Shown: positions 26,829-32,000 of the stretch, one piece after another
Numbering within the stretch: position 1 is the stretch's first letter
How the letters are laid out: every line of letters starts with the position of its first letter
Source of the DNA: an uncultured bacterium
Lineage (GTDB): Bacteria; Auribacterota; JACPWU01
Assembly: GCA_964640155.1 (NCBI GenBank)
Contig: CAZXEQ010000001.1
Coordinates: forward strand, 171,256-203,255
Direction: 5' to 3'
Length of the DNA: 32,000 bases
Program-made: the position numbers and the translations under genes
Notes under the pieces: generated by a model
Database searches by the model: none
Told to the model about the DNA's origin: nothing
What the model saw: the letters and a program-made list of their open reading frames with translations, nothing else

Positions 26829-27932
26829 TCAGACAAAAGATTTTCTTAAATGAATGTTTTGTAAAAATCCAAGACAGGCCATCATGGCCAACAAATGTGA
26901 TCCTCCATAACTCATAAAAGGAAGAGGAATTCCCGTAATCGGCATAATTCCTATCGTCATTCCTGTATTGATAATGACATGGGAAGCAATTAATAAGCTT
27001 AAACCCACTGCCAAAAATCTTCCAAAAAGATCTTCACAATTACGTGCAATCTTAAAACCCGACAACAAAAAGGCAATATATCCAATCAAAACAGCCCCAC
27101 ATCCTAAAAATCCCCATTCTTCTCCCACAACAGAAAAAATAAAATCCGTATGACGCTCCGGCAAAAAATGAAGCTGACTTTGAGTCCCTTGAAGCCAACC
27201 TTTTCCATATAAGCCACCAGACCCCACAGCAATTTTTGATTGAATGGCATTGTATCCTGCACCTAAAGGGTCCATATTGGGATTAATAAAAACGAGCAAA
27301 CGTTGACGTTGATATTGATGCAGCACACTCCATCCTATAGGAAGAATGGCTAACCCAATCGCTACAATAGCCAAAAGATATCGCATTCTTGCTCCAGCCA
27401 CAAAAAGCATACCCATCAGCACAGGAATCAAAACAAGTGCTGTTCCTAAATCAGGTTCTAACATAATAAGCCCTATAGGCAAACCTGCTAAAAGAAGTGT
27501 AAAAATCACATATCGCATTTTAGAACGATCTTCCGATCGATCGGCCAAAAACCTAGCAAGCATGAAAACGATTCCTATTTTTGAAAGTTCTGAAGGCTGA
27601 AATGCGAAGGGGCCAATATCAAACCAACTGCGAGCTCCTTTGTGAACACTTCCAATAACTAAAACTAATATAAGAAGAAACAAACTGACCATATAGAAAA
27701 AATAGGCCATGGAACCTACCGTGCGAAAATCAATTTTTAAAATAAAAACAAAGAGACTCATTCCTAATCCTAACCAAATCATTTGCTTATAGACAAAAGC
27801 ATCTCCACCCGGCGTTCTATAAGTCGCGCTATAAATAAAAAGAAGGCTTACTGACAGAAGAAAAAAAACAGTCAAAAGCATTCTGAAATCTAAAAATCTG
27901 AAAATACGAAAACTGTTCATGATTGAAAACAT
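26829..27932 (-). CDS. rodA: Peptidoglycan glycosyltransferase RodA (SEDS family)
   Basis: 367 aa polytopic SEDS protein (QPSELSKI, HTDFIFSVVGEEWGF, PLPFMSYGGS). Alternative ATG 27920 gives an ATGA overlap with the mrdA stop. Confidence 0.93.
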   Translation of the reverse strand: MFSIMNSFRIFRFLDFRMLLTVFFLLSVSLLFIYSATYRTPGGDAFVYKQMIWLGLGMSLFVFILKIDFRTVGSMAYFFYMVSLFLLILVLVIGSVHKGARSWFDIGPFAFQPSELSKIGIVFMLARFLADRSEDRSKMRYVIFTLLLAGLPIGLIMLEPDLGTALVLIPVLMGMLFVAGARMRYLLAIVAIGLAILPIGWSVLHQYQRQRLLVFINPNMDPLGAGYNAIQSKIAVGSGGLYGKGWLQGTQSQLHFLPERHTDFIFSVVGEEWGFLGCGAVLIGYIAFLLSGFKIARNCEDLFGRFLAVGLSLLIASHVIINTGMTIGIMPITGIPLPFMSYGGSHLLAMMACLGFLQNIHLRKSFV

Positions 27933-29680
27933 TTCTCCAAAACAATATGGGCCAGAGGAGCCACTTCATGTCCCGATGTATCTTTAATCCCATCTATGAG
28001 CAAAACCAATACCAATTCAGGATTTGTTGCCGGAGCATAGGCCACAAACCAACCTAATTTTTTAAACTCCTCTCCCTTTTTAACCTGAACCGTTCCTGTT
28101 TTTGCACATACTTCTACATTTTCCAAACGAGCTAAACGACCGGTTCCACCGGGTTCATTAACAACAGTCCACATCGCTCCACGAATCTGATTTAAGACAT
28201 TCTTGGAAACATTCAATTCGTTTCTAATTTTAGGACCCATTTCAATCAGAGTCCGACCTTCAGGTAATACCACTTTTTTCACAAGATAGGGGCGTAAAAG
28301 TTTGCCTCCATTTGCAATTGCCGAAACCGCCATAGCCATTTGTAAAGGAGTCACTGTTACAAATCCCTGTCCAATTGAAAAATTAGCTGTATCTCCACCA
28401 AACCATCCTTCTTTTAATTTCTTTTTCTTCCATGCAAGCGTAGGAACAAGCCCTTCCTGTTCCCCTCCCACATCTAATCCTGTTACCTGTCCCAGCCCAA
28501 AACGCCTCGCATATTCTGCAATATTTTCAGGGCCTAAACGCTGCGCAAAATAATAAAAAAATACATTACATGAATATTTCAATGCTTCTTTCCAAGAAAC
28601 TTGCCCATGCCCACTTTTTTTCCAACACTTAAAATAAGACCCTCCCACTCGATATGCTCCTTCACACTTCACCCAATCCCCATCTTTAAAGACTCCTGTG
28701 TCTAAACCCGCAGCCATCACAATCAGTTTAAAAATAGATCCCGGGCCATAAGTCCCTTGAAAAATACGATTAATCAAAGGCCTCTGGGGATCTTGAAAAA
28801 GCTTTGCCAACTCGCTTTTCAAATCTGGTCTAATAAAAACATTTAGATCAAAACTGGGACGACTGGCTGCTCCCAATATCTCGCCCGTGTTAGGATTGAC
28901 AATAAGACCCGCCCCAACTTTATCTTTTAATACCTCTTCCAAAGCCTGTTGAAATTTCATATCAATGGTTAAATAAACATTTCGTCCAGGAATGGGTTTC
29001 TTAATTGCAATAATTCTTTCACGACGTCCACGATGATCCACCTCCACTTGCATACCTCCCGACTCTCCTCTCAAATAAGCTTCGCAAGCAGCTTCTACTC
29101 CTGACTTCCCAATCACATCCAGCCAGTGATAGCCTTGATCTTTCATGGCTTGATATTGTTTGCGATCCAAAGGCCCCACATAACCCAGAATAGACGCAGC
29201 CGTATCAGCCAAAACATACTTCCGCACAGGATTGACTTCCAATGTCACCCACGGAACCTGAAGTTTAGATTCTTCAACATACGTTAATGTTCTCATGTCT
29301 ACATCTTTTTTTACTGGAATAGAAAGATAGGCTGGGCCTCGATAGCTTTTAAGAACTTGTTCAATGGTCTGTTTTGATTCATTTAAAACTTGAGAAAGAA
29401 AAGGTATTGCCACATTTTTTTCTTTTAATCCTTCATATTCCAAAGCCACATCAAAACTGGGTCGATTATCAACCATGATATTTCCTTTACGGTCATAAAT
29501 TTTCCCTCGAGGAGAAGGAATCCACACACGTCTGATCCGATTATCTTGAGAAAGAGAAAAATATCGATTGGTTTGCATGACTTGTGTCACGCCAAAAATC
29601 CCAATCCATAAGGAAAATACAAGAATCACTGATCCTTGCATGATCCATAACCTTCGATCAAGAAGCCATCCACTGTTCAT
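27917..29680 (-). CDS. mrdA: Penicillin-binding protein 2 (elongasome transpeptidase)
   Basis: N-terminal TM anchor. SxxK (GSIFK), SxN (SCN) and KTG (KTGT) motifs. Confidence 0.93.
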   Translation of the reverse strand: MNSGWLLDRRLWIMQGSVILVFSLWIGIFGVTQVMQTNRYFSLSQDNRIRRVWIPSPRGKIYDRKGNIMVDNRPSFDVALEYEGLKEKNVAIPFLSQVLNESKQTIEQVLKSYRGPAYLSIPVKKDVDMRTLTYVEESKLQVPWVTLEVNPVRKYVLADTAASILGYVGPLDRKQYQAMKDQGYHWLDVIGKSGVEAACEAYLRGESGGMQVEVDHRGRRERIIAIKKPIPGRNVYLTIDMKFQQALEEVLKDKVGAGLIVNPNTGEILGAASRPSFDLNVFIRPDLKSELAKLFQDPQRPLINRIFQGTYGPGSIFKLIVMAAGLDTGVFKDGDWVKCEGAYRVGGSYFKCWKKSGHGQVSWKEALKYSCNVFFYYFAQRLGPENIAEYARRFGLGQVTGLDVGGEQEGLVPTLAWKKKKLKEGWFGGDTANFSIGQGFVTVTPLQMAMAVSAIANGGKLLRPYLVKKVVLPEGRTLIEMGPKIRNELNVSKNVLNQIRGAMWTVVNEPGGTGRLARLENVEVCAKTGTVQVKKGEEFKKLGWFVAYAPATNPELVLVLLIDGIKDTSGHEVAPLAHIVLEKCFQS

Positions 29681-30134
29681 AACGCGTCCTAAAGATTCGA
29701 TTAAGTACCGGATAAATAAAAATAGATAAAATTGCCGTCTTCAAAGCCACGCCCAATGAATGAGAAAAAAGCGACGGCCTCATCACTCCTTGCAAACAAT
29801 AAAAAAGCCATTCAAGATTCAAACCTAAAAATATTCCCACGAAAACCATCATCATGCGGGCTATCATATGTTGCTGATAAATGACAGAATGAAACAGTCC
29901 TACCAATACACATGCTCCCACCAAAGCAAGCGTTTTAGAACCCAAAGGTGCGCCTGATAAACTGTCCCAAATCAAACCACCCAACAAAGCAAAAATCGAG
30001 CCCTCCAACCAATTAAATCTCAAAACAAAATAAAAAGAAAATAAGCCTAATAAGTCAAAAGCATCACAAAGTCGATATTGACTTTGAAAAAGAATCACCC
30101 CAAATACTAAAAAAAACTCTTTAATCCATCTCAT
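29658..30134 (-). CDS. mreD: Rod shape-determining protein MreD
   Basis: 158-aa polytopic membrane protein lying between mreC and mrdA. Call rests on position and size. Confidence 0.8.
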   Translation of the reverse strand: MRWIKEFFLVFGVILFQSQYRLCDAFDLLGLFSFYFVLRFNWLEGSIFALLGGLIWDSLSGAPLGSKTLALVGACVLVGLFHSVIYQQHMIARMMMVFVGIFLGLNLEWLFYCLQGVMRPSLFSHSLGVALKTAILSIFIYPVLNRIFRTRYEQWMAS

Positions 30135-30143
30135 TTCAAAAAC

Positions 30144-30968
30144 TCACACTCCCTCTTCAGGAATAGGTTTCTCCTTGCTTAAAACAACAATAACTTCCCG
30201 AAGCTTCCCCAAATTTGCATTGGGTTTCACCTCTGCATATTGAAAGAGACCATACGCATCATCATAAATCTTCGAGACAACCCCGATCGTTAAACCTGAA
30301 GGAAAAAATTCACTCAAGCCTGAAGTAACAATAGCATCTGTCGGTTTAGCTTGTGCTTCTCGTGGAAGATAATTTAAAACATAGTTTCCTTTTGAAGCAT
30401 TGCCCTGTAAAATCCCTAATTCTCCACTTTCTCGAATCATTGCTCCAACTTTGCAATTTTCATCGCTTAGAAGCATCACTCTACTCCACTCTGGAAAGGT
30501 CTCTGCAATTTTACCAATGACTCCTTCAGCTGATACCACTGCCATTCCTTCTTGTACTCCATTGATTTTCCCCTGATCAATCCACAAACTTTGATTCCAC
30601 TGACTGGGAGCACGTCCCACAACGCGAGCAGATAAAGATTTCCAAGGACTTTCTTCTACAAAATGGAGCAACTGAGTTAATCTTTCATTTTCCTCAGTCA
30701 CATTTTGTAAATGGTCGACTTTTAACCTTAATTCAGCTAACTCCATTTGAAGTTTCTGATTTTCACTTTTGATCGTAGAAAACTGGAAAAGACCTTCAAA
30801 AATATTTCCAATTTTCTCAAAGAATCCATGGGAAGAATTAAGGACTGGAACGGTGGATTGATTTAAAAAAGATTTGAAAGAGTTGCCAAATTGATTTGGC
30901 AAGCACAGAAAAAGAATGATTAAAATTCCTATCAAAGATAGGTAAAGAAACAAACGATTTCGAAACAA
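30144..30968 (-). CDS. mreC: Rod shape-determining protein MreC
   Basis: N-terminal TM anchor, coiled coil (ENQKLQMELAELRLKVDHLQ) and beta-domains (VVSAEGVIGKI, VTSGLSEFFPSGLTIG). TTG start immediately after the mreB TAA. Confidence 0.9.
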   Translation of the reverse strand: MFRNRLFLYLSLIGILIILFLCLPNQFGNSFKSFLNQSTVPVLNSSHGFFEKIGNIFEGLFQFSTIKSENQKLQMELAELRLKVDHLQNVTEENERLTQLLHFVEESPWKSLSARVVGRAPSQWNQSLWIDQGKINGVQEGMAVVSAEGVIGKIAETFPEWSRVMLLSDENCKVGAMIRESGELGILQGNASKGNYVLNYLPREAQAKPTDAIVTSGLSEFFPSGLTIGVVSKIYDDAYGLFQYAEVKPNANLGKLREVIVVLSKEKPIPEEGV

Positions 30969-30970
30969 GT

Positions 30971-31999
<1,029 letters not shown>

Positions 32000-32000
32000 A

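Noticed and set aside
26819-26836. TTG start at 26836 for rng
   Set aside because: ATG 26818 is preceded by GAGGAGA at ideal spacing and yields the usual RNase G N-terminus. The TTG would overlap rodA with no ribosome-binding site.

Overview
Visibly AT-rich bacterial chromosomal segment from a diderm organism, shown by an LpxL-family acyltransferase, an MFP/ABC exporter and MreBCD-PBP2-RodA. I cannot assign a taxon from sequence alone. Nt 1-3061 (+ strand) carry two tandem paralogous secreted FG-GAP (integrin-alpha-like) beta-propeller genes. The second is separated from its own signal peptide by an in-frame TAA. A strong hairpin terminator (3071-3113) marks a convergent junction. From 3124 to the window end all 29 CDS and one tRNA-Pro(CGG) lie on the minus strand, often with 1-4 nt start/stop overlaps. 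In transcription order they are: mreB-mreC-mreD-mrdA-rodA-rng; rplU-rpmA; obg-proB-proA-nadD-rsfS-argS; a glycolipid-like module (lipoyl-domain-like small protein, MGDG-synthase-like GT28, LpxL-family acyltransferase, GT2) followed by tRNA-Pro; a TPR lipoprotein-like gene, an orphan 147-aa gene and a TMEM175-family channel homologue; a CPA2/Kef antiporter overlapping a DapF-like gene; and a six-gene operon. That operon joins a HlyD adaptor, a MacB/LolD-type ATPase and two FtsX permeases to a soluble class III adenylate cyclase and a secreted thioredoxin-TPR protein. The most interesting points are this exporter-cyclase-thioredoxin operon, a DapF homologue with Ser at both catalytic Cys positions, and the in-frame stop in the FG-GAP gene. 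Lesser points are an orphan lipoyl-like domain protein and a non-canonical HIGH motif in ArgS. No CRISPR arrays, transposases, integrases or rRNA genes were seen.
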